Positions 39,152 to 48,356 of a stretch of DNA of 64,000 bases are shown one piece after another. Position 1 is the first letter of the stretch; each line of letters opens with the position of its first letter. Origin of the DNA: an uncultured Gammaproteobacteria bacterium (GTDB lineage Bacteria > Patescibacteriota > Patescibacteriia > Magasanikbacterales > UBA922). Location: contig CAYSXR010000004.1 of the NCBI GenBank assembly GCA_964435035.1, positions 676 through 64,675 on the forward strand, given 5' to 3'. The notes below the pieces were generated by a model. The model was given only the letters and a program-made list of their open reading frames with translations, ran no database searches and was not told where the DNA came from. The translations under genes and the position numbers were made by a program.

Positions 39152-39252
39152 CGCATTTCATTCATTAGAGGAGATTTACTCCTCATAGACTCGAATCTTC
39201 TTGTTCCATAGTTGTAGTGGCCCAGTAGACATCGGGTCACTATATTTATTTT

Positions 39253-40698
39253 ATGGAACACACACCACAAACTTTAAGTTTTGATAACCTCGGACTTGCT
39301 CCGAAAATCGTCGACATTTTGATGCAGAACAAATTTACTCAGCCAACTCCGATTCAAGCGAAGTCTATTCCTGTTGCACTCGAAGGAAAAGATATGGTAG
39401 GAATTGCTCAGACAGGCACGGGAAAGACTCTTGCTTTTGGATTACCAATGATACAACGATTGTCACAGTTGAAAGCTCAAGGTCTTGTACTTGTTCCTAC
39501 TCGCGAGTTGGCATTACAGGTAGAAGAAACCATTCGAAAAATTGGTAATAGTTTTGGTCTCAAAACCACCGTGGTTATTGGAGGAGCTTCGATGCATATG
39601 CAGGTGAATGAGCTTCGTCGCAATCCGCACATTATTGTAGCAACTCCTGGGCGACTCGCTGATCATCTCGAACAAAAAACAGTAACGCTTGATCGTATTA
39701 AGGTGGTCGTGCTTGATGAAGCTGACCGTATGTTTGATATTGGATTTGCACCGCAAATCAAGCGCATTTTGTCGCTTACACCGAAAGATCGTCAGACACT
39801 TCTTTTTTCTGCAACCATGCCTGCTGAAATTGCAAAAATGGCATCACAACATATGAAATTGCCACTTCGAATCGAAGTTGCTCCACAAGGAACGAGTTCG
39901 GCAAATGTTGAGCAGGAAATTTTTATTATTAGCAAAGAACAAAAATTACAATTACTTCAGAAAATGCTTGATGATAACAAAGGAACTGTACTCGTGTTTT
40001 CCCGAACCAAGTTTGGAGCAAAACGAATTGCCGCTTCTCTTCGTCACATGAAGCACACTGCTGTTGAAATTCATTCGAATCGTACACTTGCACAGAGAAA
40101 AGCGGCATTAGCTGGATTCAAATCTGGTCAGTATCGTATTCTTGTTGCAACTGACATTGCTGCGCGTGGAATTGATGTAACGGGAATTTCACTCGTTATC
40201 AACTTTGACTTACCGGACAATTCTGAAGATTATGTACACCGTATTGGTAGAACAGGTCGAGCTGGAATGAGTGGTAAAGCAGTTTCTTTTGTAACACATC
40301 AAGAAAAATCACAAATTAGACAGATTGAGAGATTGATCAAAAAGTCATTGCCTATTATTGGACTTCCTACTCTTCCTCCACGAATTGAAGTTCCTCGGGA
40401 AGAGAATAGACCTGAAAGAGGATATGGACGTCCTTATCGAGGTGGACAAGGCGGGGGTCAGGGTCGTGAAGAAAGAAGTTTTGGGGGTGGTAATAATAGT
40501 CAGAGACGAAATCGAACTCATCGATATGGCAACAATCGCCCACGACCAGAAGGTGACCGTGGTGGTAGTTCAGGAGAGAGACCAGCGTACAATCGTGGAC
40601 CACGTACCGAAGGTCAGTCGAGTTCTGACGGTTCTCAGCAACGATCATTTCAGCGCACTTTTCGAAGACCTACACGTCCTCAGAGTACACAAAACTAA
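39253..40698 (+). CDS. DEAD-box RNA helicase (RhlE-like) with an Arg/Gly-rich tail
   Basis: Q motif, AQTGTGKT, PTRELA, DEAD, SAT, HRIGRTGRAG. Confidence 0.95.
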   Translation: MEHTPQTLSFDNLGLAPKIVDILMQNKFTQPTPIQAKSIPVALEGKDMVGIAQTGTGKTLAFGLPMIQRLSQLKAQGLVLVPTRELALQVEETIRKIGNSFGLKTTVVIGGASMHMQVNELRRNPHIIVATPGRLADHLEQKTVTLDRIKVVVLDEADRMFDIGFAPQIKRILSLTPKDRQTLLFSATMPAEIAKMASQHMKLPLRIEVAPQGTSSANVEQEIFIISKEQKLQLLQKMLDDNKGTVLVFSRTKFGAKRIAASLRHMKHTAVEIHSNRTLAQRKAALAGFKSGQYRILVATDIAARGIDVTGISLVINFDLPDNSEDYVHRIGRTGRAGMSGKAVSFVTHQEKSQIRQIERLIKKSLPIIGLPTLPPRIEVPREENRPERGYGRPYRGGQGGGQGREERSFGGGNNSQRRNRTHRYGNNRPRPEGDRGGSSGERPAYNRGPRTEGQSSSDGSQQRSFQRTFRRPTRPQSTQN

Positions 40699-40711
40699 TG
40701 AGGGTACATAC

Positions 40712-40752
40712 TTGACTTTATAAGTAACCTGGTATACACTAGGTTACTTTTT
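40712..40752 (+). promoter_or_regulatory. Overlapping terminator hairpin and promoter
   Basis: TTGACT-17 bp-TACACT, with the -10 largely in the loop of AAGTAACCTGG/CTAGGTTACTT plus T-run. Confidence 0.6.
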
Positions 40753-40832
40753 AATTGATGCTATTCTTTTGGATTTATCTGAATCTAGAGGAGCTGGATC
40801 AATAGTCGAGCATCAACCAAAGGAGTTTTTAC

Positions 40833-41342
40833 ATGATCAAGTTCATTCTCGTCCTCTTCGCGTGTATCCTCGCATCCTGTGGTTCCACCGTCCCGTTCGA
40901 GAAGTACCAGAAGCTTCAGGCAGATCAAGATCAGCGGATTAGACGTGCACTCGATGCCTTCGAACAGATCCAGCGTCGCTTGCTGAAGCAAGAGCTGACT
41001 TTCTATGTGCGTCAGGGTGGCACAGGGGGAGTGCTGTACGAGTTCATGCCGGTCGCGGACAAGGATATTCTCAGACCTCTTTCGAAGCTTGGTCCTGCGA
41101 CGAAGGGGCCTGTGCGTTCCGATATGATCGTGACAGTGCGGTCAAGCGAGCGGCTGAATGAAGTCAATCCCAATCTCTCCTACTGTGTTTTCGAGGTGAG
41201 TCTCTGGAAGATTAAGGGGCGAGAAGTCATTCATGTGGATCGTTCTGAGGAGTCGGGTGCGTCGCCTCCGTGCAATCCTGAAGAGAAGATTGAACGTCTG
41301 GACTACTCCGGCACCAAGCTCCAGACCATCATCTGGTTTTGA
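40833..41342 (+). CDS. Orphan lipoprotein, GC-richer than its flanks
   Basis: Lipobox LAS-C, AAGGAG SD, and visibly more GC-rich codons than neighbouring genes. Confidence 0.7.
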   Translation: MIKFILVLFACILASCGSTVPFEKYQKLQADQDQRIRRALDAFEQIQRRLLKQELTFYVRQGGTGGVLYEFMPVADKDILRPLSKLGPATKGPVRSDMIVTVRSSERLNEVNPNLSYCVFEVSLWKIKGREVIHVDRSEESGASPPCNPEEKIERLDYSGTKLQTIIWF

Positions 41343-41402
41343 ACAACCCCGACGCCTCGCGCCGACTGTTACGACACGGTGCGATCGCGTCGGGAACAGT
41401 TT

Positions 41403-41436
41403 ATCCTACACTAGAAATAGTGTGGGGTTTTTGTTT
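41403..41436. terminator. Terminator between convergent genes
   Basis: CCTACACTA-GAAA-TAGTGTGGG plus T-run. Confidence 0.65.
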
Positions 41437-42507
41437 TTAGCCGAATAATCGTTTAAAGAATCCTGAAATTCTGGCTGGTTTTTTGGGCGGATTTGGTTTT
41501 GGAGGATTTTCTATCTGAGCGTTTTCCTCTCCTGGTTGGGGTACTATATCAAGACGAAATAAACCAGGTATAGTATCATCCCTCTCAAGATCAAGTATTT
41601 GAGTTTTTGTGAGAGATTGTATTTCTGCTTTGAATGCCTGTTCTATTGCATCGAGCAATATTCCTTTTTCTTCTTTCCATTTTTTATTCATCTCATTTCT
41701 AGATGTGGGATCGAGTTTTGTAATTTTAGCTTCAAATTCTTCTTCTTTTTTTGAAACGGGGGGTTTGAGGAATTTAGTGTATGTTTTTAATAACTGGTCG
41801 GTTACTAAACCAATAAGCATGTCCCGTTCTTCATTATTATTTCTATCAGACACATTCAGTGCACCTGTAATTTTTATTTTTGCGGCATAATATTCATGTA
41901 AGTTTTGTTGTATAACTTCTTGTATTTTTGTGAATTTATCAACACCTCTGTTGGCTGCACGTTTGAAAATATCGTTATTTGTATACTTCTTTATATTTTG
42001 CAATATGTCATGCATTTCACCTACTAATTCTAAGATGTACTCATCTCGTTCACTGGTATCATTTTCATTTGTTTTATCACCTGTGCCTTTACTTTGTTTT
42101 TCTCGTAAGTCATGAGTTATTGCTAATTCAATTTCAGCATCACTGCCATGTACGAGAGAGGTTAATGTTGTAGGTGTATCTTTGATGAGACTATCATCGA
42201 TGTTTCTTAGAACCACAGTTATGATATCTTCATAATCGGGTGGAAGATTATTTGGGGTGGTGTCTTGGTTTTTTTGTCTGCGACCTGGCTCACTTGCTAG
42301 CATTATTTTTTCTGCAATTGCATCAAGTGTATCATGTTTTTCTAGAAATATTCTATCGATATCTCCCAGTATTTTTTGCTGTGTGTCACTAGGAAGTTGT
42401 TCTAGTATTTTTTGTATTTTTTTTTTGGCATTTTGTAGAATAGTGTCTTTTTCATGGACTTCCTCCATTATTTCTTCTGTTGAGTGTATATTTTGACTTG
42501 TTTCCAT
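41437..42507 (-). CDS. Hypothetical charged helical protein
   Basis: 356-aa E/K-rich ORF ending in a Pro-rich linker and GFFKRLFG. Confidence 0.65.
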   Translation of the reverse strand: METSQNIHSTEEIMEEVHEKDTILQNAKKKIQKILEQLPSDTQQKILGDIDRIFLEKHDTLDAIAEKIMLASEPGRRQKNQDTTPNNLPPDYEDIITVVLRNIDDSLIKDTPTTLTSLVHGSDAEIELAITHDLREKQSKGTGDKTNENDTSERDEYILELVGEMHDILQNIKKYTNNDIFKRAANRGVDKFTKIQEVIQQNLHEYYAAKIKITGALNVSDRNNNEERDMLIGLVTDQLLKTYTKFLKPPVSKKEEEFEAKITKLDPTSRNEMNKKWKEEKGILLDAIEQAFKAEIQSLTKTQILDLERDDTIPGLFRLDIVPQPGEENAQIENPPKPNPPKKPARISGFFKRLFG

Positions 42508-42601
42508 AGGAGCCGCTAATTATATAATAAATAAAGTATATAGTGACTTACTATTTTCTGCAAATGTGAGCGTTTGTGATATACTATATAAAATATTGCG
42601 T

Positions 42602-43960
42602 ATGTCCAAACAAAAAACATTTTCAGAAGCTTATATTGTTACTGTCGACATGGGATATGGTCATCAGCGTGCAGTGCACCCATTGCGAGATATTGCCGCG
42701 TCTCCTGTAGGATGGCAGAATGTGGATATTATCACAGCTAATAATTATGGCGGAATTCCTAAGAGTGATAGTCTCAAGTGGGAGAGTAGCCGCAAAGTCT
42801 ATGAGTGGATATCGCGTCTCAAAAAAGTACCACTGATTGGTCCTCTATCGTTCTCTATCATGGATTATATTCAGCGGATTGATCCTTTTTATCCTAAGCG
42901 TGATTTGTCTCGACCAACCCTTCAGGTCAAAGAAATGTATCGAATGATTGAGGAAGGGTGGGGGAAACACCTGATTGAAACTCTTAATCAGAAACCATTA
43001 CCATTGCTTACTTCTTTTTTTGCTATTGCTTTTTTTGCTGAAGAACATGGATATCAAGGTGAAATATATTGTTTGTGTACAGATACTGATATTAGTCGTG
43101 CATGGGCACCACTTGATCCGAAGACAAGTAGAATCAAATATTGTGCTCCAAATAAACGAGTAAAACAACGACTTTTGCATTACGGTGTTCCTGAGAAAAA
43201 TATTTTTGTAACAGGGTTTCCTTTACCAAAAGAAAATACGGGAACAAAAAATTTAAAAACACTTAAACAATCTTTGGGATGTAGGGTCACCAATCTTGAT
43301 CCAAATTTACGGTATCAACGAAAGTATGAGTCTACGATTGAATCATATTTAGGTGCTCGCTATTGTAGTCGTGACCATGAACATCCATTGACTATTACGT
43401 TTGCAGTGGGTGGAGCAGGAGCTCAGCGCGATATTGGTATCACCATACTCGAAAGTTTGCATGAACATATTGATACAGGTAGGGTAAAATTGAATTTGGT
43501 TGCTGGATCACGTAATGATGTGTACGTGTATTATGAGAATAAAGTGAGAGAATTGCATCTCAATGAAAAACATTCGGGAATGATTAATATCATTTATGAT
43601 GCACAAAAGATGGGATATTTTGAGAAATTCAATGAAGCACTTCTGACGACTGATATTCTCTGGACTAAACCAAGTGAACTTTCTTTTTATGCTGCTCTGG
43701 GTATTCCTATTATCATAGCCCCTTCGATTGGTTCTCAGGAAGATTATAATCGAGCGTGGCTCCACTCAATTGGTGCTGGATTTGAGCAAGAAGATCCACG
43801 GTATACTCATCAATGGCTTTTTGATTGGCTTGAGTCTGGCTGGCTTGCTGAGGCTGCTGTAAGTGGTTTTTTGCATGCTCCTAAAAATGGAGCGTATCAC
43901 ATCGAAGAAGTTGTGCTGCGAGGAAAACGCAGCGAAATTGAAGATGTTCATCTTTTGTAA
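42602..43960 (+). CDS. GT-B-fold glycosyltransferase-like protein (diacylglycerol glucosyltransferase-like)
   Basis: DMGYGHQRA, CTDTD, GVPEKNIFVTGFP, GGAGAQ, WTKPSELSF, GSQEDYN. Confidence 0.65.
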   Translation: MSKQKTFSEAYIVTVDMGYGHQRAVHPLRDIAASPVGWQNVDIITANNYGGIPKSDSLKWESSRKVYEWISRLKKVPLIGPLSFSIMDYIQRIDPFYPKRDLSRPTLQVKEMYRMIEEGWGKHLIETLNQKPLPLLTSFFAIAFFAEEHGYQGEIYCLCTDTDISRAWAPLDPKTSRIKYCAPNKRVKQRLLHYGVPEKNIFVTGFPLPKENTGTKNLKTLKQSLGCRVTNLDPNLRYQRKYESTIESYLGARYCSRDHEHPLTITFAVGGAGAQRDIGITILESLHEHIDTGRVKLNLVAGSRNDVYVYYENKVRELHLNEKHSGMINIIYDAQKMGYFEKFNEALLTTDILWTKPSELSFYAALGIPIIIAPSIGSQEDYNRAWLHSIGAGFEQEDPRYTHQWLFDWLESGWLAEAAVSGFLHAPKNGAYHIEEVVLRGKRSEIEDVHLL

Positions 43961-43965
43961 TCTGT

Positions 43966-44883
43966 ATGAATTGGATTCTCATGGCACTTATTGGATACGG
44001 TTTGCTTGCTCTTACCTTTATTCTTGATAAATACATATTATCATCAACTACCATCCAGCGTCCGAGTGTATACACATTTTATTCTACCATTATTATGTGG
44101 GGTGCAATGGTGCTTTTGTTTTTTTCAAAAGAAATATGGGGATATTATGATATTTTGATTGGGCTCGGTTCGGGAGTCGCATTTGGGTTTGGGTTATTAA
44201 CGTTGTATGTTGCAGTGAAGGGGGGAGAAGCGTCGCATGTAAATCCTTTTAGTGGAGCCGTGGTTGCAGTGACTACCTATGTATTATCACATTATTTTTT
44301 GTCTGAAACATTGACACCAGGGCAGCTCTGGGGAATGGTATGTCTGGTAGTTGCGTCGGTTGTCCTTTCGTATCAGGAGACTAAAATAAAAAAAGGATTT
44401 TCCCTGAGTTATCTTTGGGCAATAGTTTCAGGTGTATGTTTTGCTATCTCTCATGTGAGTGCTAAATTTTTGTACATGACACATGATTTTATTCCTGCGT
44501 TTGCCTGGAGTCGGGCTGGAGCTGGAATTGTCGGATTACTCCTACTTTTTCATCCTCGTGTGTTGAAAGAATTGTCTTATCGATTGTCGCATAGAAAAAA
44601 GTCAAAGAAAAAAATACAACCAACTTCGCTTGCGATTGTGTGGATTGCGAAAATTATTGGTATTGCAGCGGTTGTATTGATTCAGTATGCTGGAGCAATT
44701 GGTTCAGTTTCAGCTGTACATGCATTGAGTGGGCTTCAGTATGCACTTATGTTTGCAATAATTTTTGTATTAAGTAAATGGTCACCAAAAACATTCAAAG
44801 AATATTTTTCACCGCGTGAGCTAGTAGTACAGAGTTTTGCTATCATGCTCGTTATTATTGGCGGGGTATTATTTATTTTGTAA
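43966..44883 (+). CDS. EamA/DMT-family transporter
   Basis: About 10 TM helices in two repeats, with ILDKYIL and GEASHV motifs. Confidence 0.8.
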   Translation: MNWILMALIGYGLLALTFILDKYILSSTTIQRPSVYTFYSTIIMWGAMVLLFFSKEIWGYYDILIGLGSGVAFGFGLLTLYVAVKGGEASHVNPFSGAVVAVTTYVLSHYFLSETLTPGQLWGMVCLVVASVVLSYQETKIKKGFSLSYLWAIVSGVCFAISHVSAKFLYMTHDFIPAFAWSRAGAGIVGLLLLFHPRVLKELSYRLSHRKKSKKKIQPTSLAIVWIAKIIGIAAVVLIQYAGAIGSVSAVHALSGLQYALMFAIIFVLSKWSPKTFKEYFSPRELVVQSFAIMLVIIGGVLFIL

Positions 44884-44887
44884 TTTT

Positions 44888-45883
44888 ATGCGCATGAGCT
44901 GGTTTGGTATTCTCATTGGACTTGTGGCTCTCATCTATGGGGGGTTGTGGTGGTATGGAAAAACTACCCATCCGATACAGTATGGAATAAGCTTTAGCTC
45001 ACAACATGCGGCATGGCTTATACCTGAGTGGAAACCCATGTATCGAGAAATGCTTACTGATTTGAAACCTGCCTTTATCCGATTGTCTGTTGATTGGGAT
45101 CAGGTCGAGAAAGAAGAAGGGGAGTATGATTTTTCTGATGTTGATTTCATGATGAATGAAGCGGGTAAGCAGAATGTGCACGTGCTTTTGGCTGTAGGAC
45201 AGAAGACTCCTCGTTGGCCTGAGTGTCATTTACCGTCCTGGCTTGAAGAAAAAACACGTGATGAATATTTGCACAAATTATATGCGTATGTCTCAACTAC
45301 GGTAGACCGTTATAAAGATCATAAAGCACTTGAATATTGGCAGGTCGAAAATGAACCATATATCAAGTTTGATTTTGGGAGTTGTAAGCGGTTTGAGCCA
45401 CTTGCAATTGATGAAGAGATTTCTATTGTTCGGGCGAAAGATGATATTCATAACATCGTAGTGACTGATAGTGGTGAATTATCAGTGTGGTATCCTGCTG
45501 CAAAAAAAGGAGATATTTTTGGAAGTACGATGTATCGAGTGGTCACTACTCCGAAAGGAAGTATTTTTACTTATGATTGGATGCCTGCAGGATGGTTCAA
45601 AGTTCGGGCAAACATATTTGGTTTATCACCAGATACATTTTTTATCTCAGAATTACAAGCTGAACCTTGGATCCATAATGGTGATCTCATTGGAATGCCA
45701 ATTGAAGATCAATTTGAGACTATGAGTGTCGAGCAGATGAAGAAAAATTTGGAGTTTGCGAGATATACTAGTGCATCGCGAGCATATTTGTGGGGAGTGG
45801 AGTGGTGGTATTGGATGAGGTATACGCACAATGATTCTAGTTTTCTTGATTTGGCTCGGGAATATATGGGAAAGAATAATTGA
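44888..45883 (+). CDS. Membrane-anchored clan-A glycoside hydrolase (GH5/GH42-like)
   Basis: IRLSVDWDQVE..EGEYDFS, WQVENEP (acid/base), ISELQAEPW (nucleophile). Confidence 0.75.
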   Translation: MRMSWFGILIGLVALIYGGLWWYGKTTHPIQYGISFSSQHAAWLIPEWKPMYREMLTDLKPAFIRLSVDWDQVEKEEGEYDFSDVDFMMNEAGKQNVHVLLAVGQKTPRWPECHLPSWLEEKTRDEYLHKLYAYVSTTVDRYKDHKALEYWQVENEPYIKFDFGSCKRFEPLAIDEEISIVRAKDDIHNIVVTDSGELSVWYPAAKKGDIFGSTMYRVVTTPKGSIFTYDWMPAGWFKVRANIFGLSPDTFFISELQAEPWIHNGDLIGMPIEDQFETMSVEQMKKNLEFARYTSASRAYLWGVEWWYWMRYTHNDSSFLDLAREYMGKNN

Positions 45884-45935
45884 GACTAAGACTAAAGAAT
45901 AAAGATTGGTGATAATTCTTTAATCTTCAATCTTT
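45883..45935. repeat. Degenerate Family C (AAGATTA-type) element
   Basis: AAGACTA AAGAATA AAGATT ... ATTCTTT AATCTTC AATCTTTC. Confidence 0.6.
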
Positions 45936-45963
45936 CTAACACTGTTTTTTATTGTTAATTATT

Positions 45964-47148
45964 ATGATGCTAAAACAAACGGTATCAGAAGAGATTGTAC
46001 ATTTCCGTGGTTTATTCCAGCGGCGTATTGGTTTGTGGCAAGGAGTTGCGTTAATTGTGAGCGGAACGATTGGAGCAGGAGTATTGGGACTTCCATATGC
46101 AATTTCTCGCTCAGGAGCCATAGTCGGTTTTTTGTATATTGTGGCTCTTGGTTTGATTATGATGGTCTTGAATTTGATGCTTGGACAATTAGTTTCAATC
46201 CAACCAAAACCACTACAACTTACTGGTCTTGCACGAAAATATTTAGGTGCGTGGGGCGGATATCTGATGACTGCAATACTCTATACTATGCTTGTTGGAG
46301 TGTTATTGGTCTATCTCATTGGTGAAGGTGAGACATTATCTGTGTTATTTGGTGGACCAAGCGAGTATTGGACTATTGGTTTTTTTCTATTGGGTGCAGC
46401 GCTTATTGCTAGTGGCATGAGGACTATAAAACGTGTTGAATCCGTTTTGGTGGTAGGTATACTTGCTGTAGTATTTATGATTATATTGGTGAGTTTTCCT
46501 CAGGTGGATACTGCAAATTTGATTTCATATAATTTTTCTGAATTATTATTTCCGTACGGTGTGGTTCTTTTTGCTTTCCATAGCACTACTTCGATGCCCG
46601 AGGCATATACGATACTCAAAAATAAAAATGGAACGTATAAACATTCAATTGTTTTTGCGGGTATAATTGCGATTTTGGTATATGCTGCTTTTGCATTGCT
46701 TGCTGTTGGAGTTATGGGAGATGCAACACCCGAAATTGCAACGATTGGTTTGGGGGAGTTTATCGGCCATCGAGCTTTTCTATTTGGTAATGTTTTTGCT
46801 CTGTTGGCTATGGGTACGAGTTTCTTGATTACTGCTCTTTCGCTTAGAGATTCGTTGACTTGGGATTATGGAATGCGCGAATGGGTAGCAACGATTGTAG
46901 TGTGTATAGTTCCATTTTTGCTTTTTTATTTTGGTTTACGGAGTTTTATTGCGGTTATTGATATTATTGGGGGAGTATTAGTCACCGCTGAGCTTTTCTT
47001 GATTATTCTCATGTATTGGAGAGCTCATCAAAAGGGAGAATTTAAAGGGGCACGTACTTTTTCACTCCATCGAGTAGGGTTGTTTATTATTCCTGTACTT
47101 CTTGCGCTAGCTATTGGTGCGGTGTATAGTGTGGGGAAACTGTTTTAA
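45964..47148 (+). CDS. Aromatic amino-acid permease family (HAAAP/Trp-Tyr) transporter
   Basis: GTIGAGVLGLPY, FPYGVVLFAF, AMGTSF, 11 TM. Confidence 0.85.
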   Translation: MMLKQTVSEEIVHFRGLFQRRIGLWQGVALIVSGTIGAGVLGLPYAISRSGAIVGFLYIVALGLIMMVLNLMLGQLVSIQPKPLQLTGLARKYLGAWGGYLMTAILYTMLVGVLLVYLIGEGETLSVLFGGPSEYWTIGFFLLGAALIASGMRTIKRVESVLVVGILAVVFMIILVSFPQVDTANLISYNFSELLFPYGVVLFAFHSTTSMPEAYTILKNKNGTYKHSIVFAGIIAILVYAAFALLAVGVMGDATPEIATIGLGEFIGHRAFLFGNVFALLAMGTSFLITALSLRDSLTWDYGMREWVATIVVCIVPFLLFYFGLRSFIAVIDIIGGVLVTAELFLIILMYWRAHQKGEFKGARTFSLHRVGLFIIPVLLALAIGAVYSVGKLF

Positions 47149-47237
47149 ACATTGATTACGCAGATTAATATGGATTTAAACAGATTGGATATAATTTTTT
47201 CAGTCTAAATCCGTTTTAATCTGTTTAAATCAATGTT
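47148..47237. repeat. Family B element
   Basis: AACATTGATTACGCAGATTAATATGGATTTAAACAGATT ... CAGTCTAAATCCGTTTTAATCTGTTTAAATCAATGTT, ending 2 nt before the uppP ATG. Confidence 0.85.
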
Positions 47238-47239
47238 GT

Positions 47240-48040
47240 ATGACTATACTTCAGGCAATTGTTCTCGGTATTGTACAGGGTCTATGTGAATTTTTGCCGA
47301 TTTCTTCATCAGGGCACTTGATTTTAGTACCCGTTATTTTTGGGTGGGATGTGCAAGATCAATCATTTGATATTGTGCTGCATGTTGCGACATTGGTTGC
47401 AGTTGTACTTTTTTTCCGCACTACGGTCGCACGAATTTTTCGAGCACTTATTCATTTTAAGCAGCCTACCGTAGATCGAAATATAGGATTTGCGGTTATT
47501 ATTTCAACTATTCCTGCTGCGTTTGTGGGATTATTATTTGGGAATAAAATTGAATCTGCATTTCGATCGCCTCAGTCAGTTGCAATTAGTTTGATTCTTG
47601 GTGCGGGCATACTATTTGTAGCAGATCGTTACATTCATCATCGTCACGAAACACATCCTATTTCTAAAATTACTTTTCGTAATGCAATGGTGGTTGGGTT
47701 TGCACAAGTCTTGGCTTTTGTTCCTGGTATGAGCAGATCAGGGGTGACGATCTCTGCAGCGTTATTACAAAATTTTTCAAAGACTGCTGCTGCAGAATTT
47801 TCATTTTTAATGAGTATTCCTATTATTACTTTGGCTGGAGCTTCAGCTTTGAAGGATATGGTGGGCACAGGGGGGATTACCTATGGAATACCGATTTTGA
47901 TTGTCGGCTTTATTGCGGCCATGCTTAGTGGGCTTTTCTCTATCTGGCTTACTCTTACCGTGATACGAAAAGTGAGCTTTATTCCTTTCGTTATTTATCG
48001 GATTATTATTGCGGGAGTTATTATAGCGTTGTTTGTTTAG
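47240..48040 (+). CDS. uppP: Undecaprenyl-diphosphatase
   Basis: QGLCEFLPISSSGHL, PGMSRSG, AAEFSFLMSIP. Confidence 0.95.
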   Translation: MTILQAIVLGIVQGLCEFLPISSSGHLILVPVIFGWDVQDQSFDIVLHVATLVAVVLFFRTTVARIFRALIHFKQPTVDRNIGFAVIISTIPAAFVGLLFGNKIESAFRSPQSVAISLILGAGILFVADRYIHHRHETHPISKITFRNAMVVGFAQVLAFVPGMSRSGVTISAALLQNFSKTAAAEFSFLMSIPIITLAGASALKDMVGTGGITYGIPILIVGFIAAMLSGLFSIWLTLTVIRKVSFIPFVIYRIIIAGVIIALFV

Positions 48041-48043
48041 TAC

Positions 48044-48092
48044 TTGACGGAAGTTCTTTAAAAGAGTATGATAAGTATGATTTTTCATACTT
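48044..48092 (+). promoter_or_regulatory. Promoter with an adjacent palindromic operator
   Basis: TTGACG-17 bp-TATGAT immediately followed by AAGTATGA-TTTT-TCATACTT. Confidence 0.65.
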
Positions 48093-48096
48093 TTTT

Positions 48097-48342
48097 ATGC
48101 CATCAACCAAAAAAGATTTGAACATATACGGGACATGTCATGGTACTACTTCTCTTGGAGAGAGGGGGCAGGTTGTTGTTCCGAAGAAATTAAGATCTAA
48201 GCTTTCTCTTAAGAAAGGTGATAACTTTTTGGTTATTGAAAAAGATGGTGTTATTGTCTTGGCCCCGACGAGTGTAGTTGAGTCGATGATTTCTAATTTA
48301 TCAAACTTAAGTGAAGAATTAAAAAATTCACATATATCATAA
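48097..48342 (+). CDS. AbrB/MazE/SpoVT-family DNA-binding protein
   Basis: LGERGQVVVPKKLRSKLSLKKGD. Confidence 0.88.
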   Translation: MPSTKKDLNIYGTCHGTTSLGERGQVVVPKKLRSKLSLKKGDNFLVIEKDGVIVLAPTSVVESMISNLSNLSEELKNSHIS

Positions 48343-48356
48343 TATACACGATTACT

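Noticed and set aside
41342-41405. attC site after the orphan lipoprotein
   Set aside because: It lacks the RYYYAAC/GTTRRRY core sites and no integron integrase is present. It is kept only as an unexplained hairpin.
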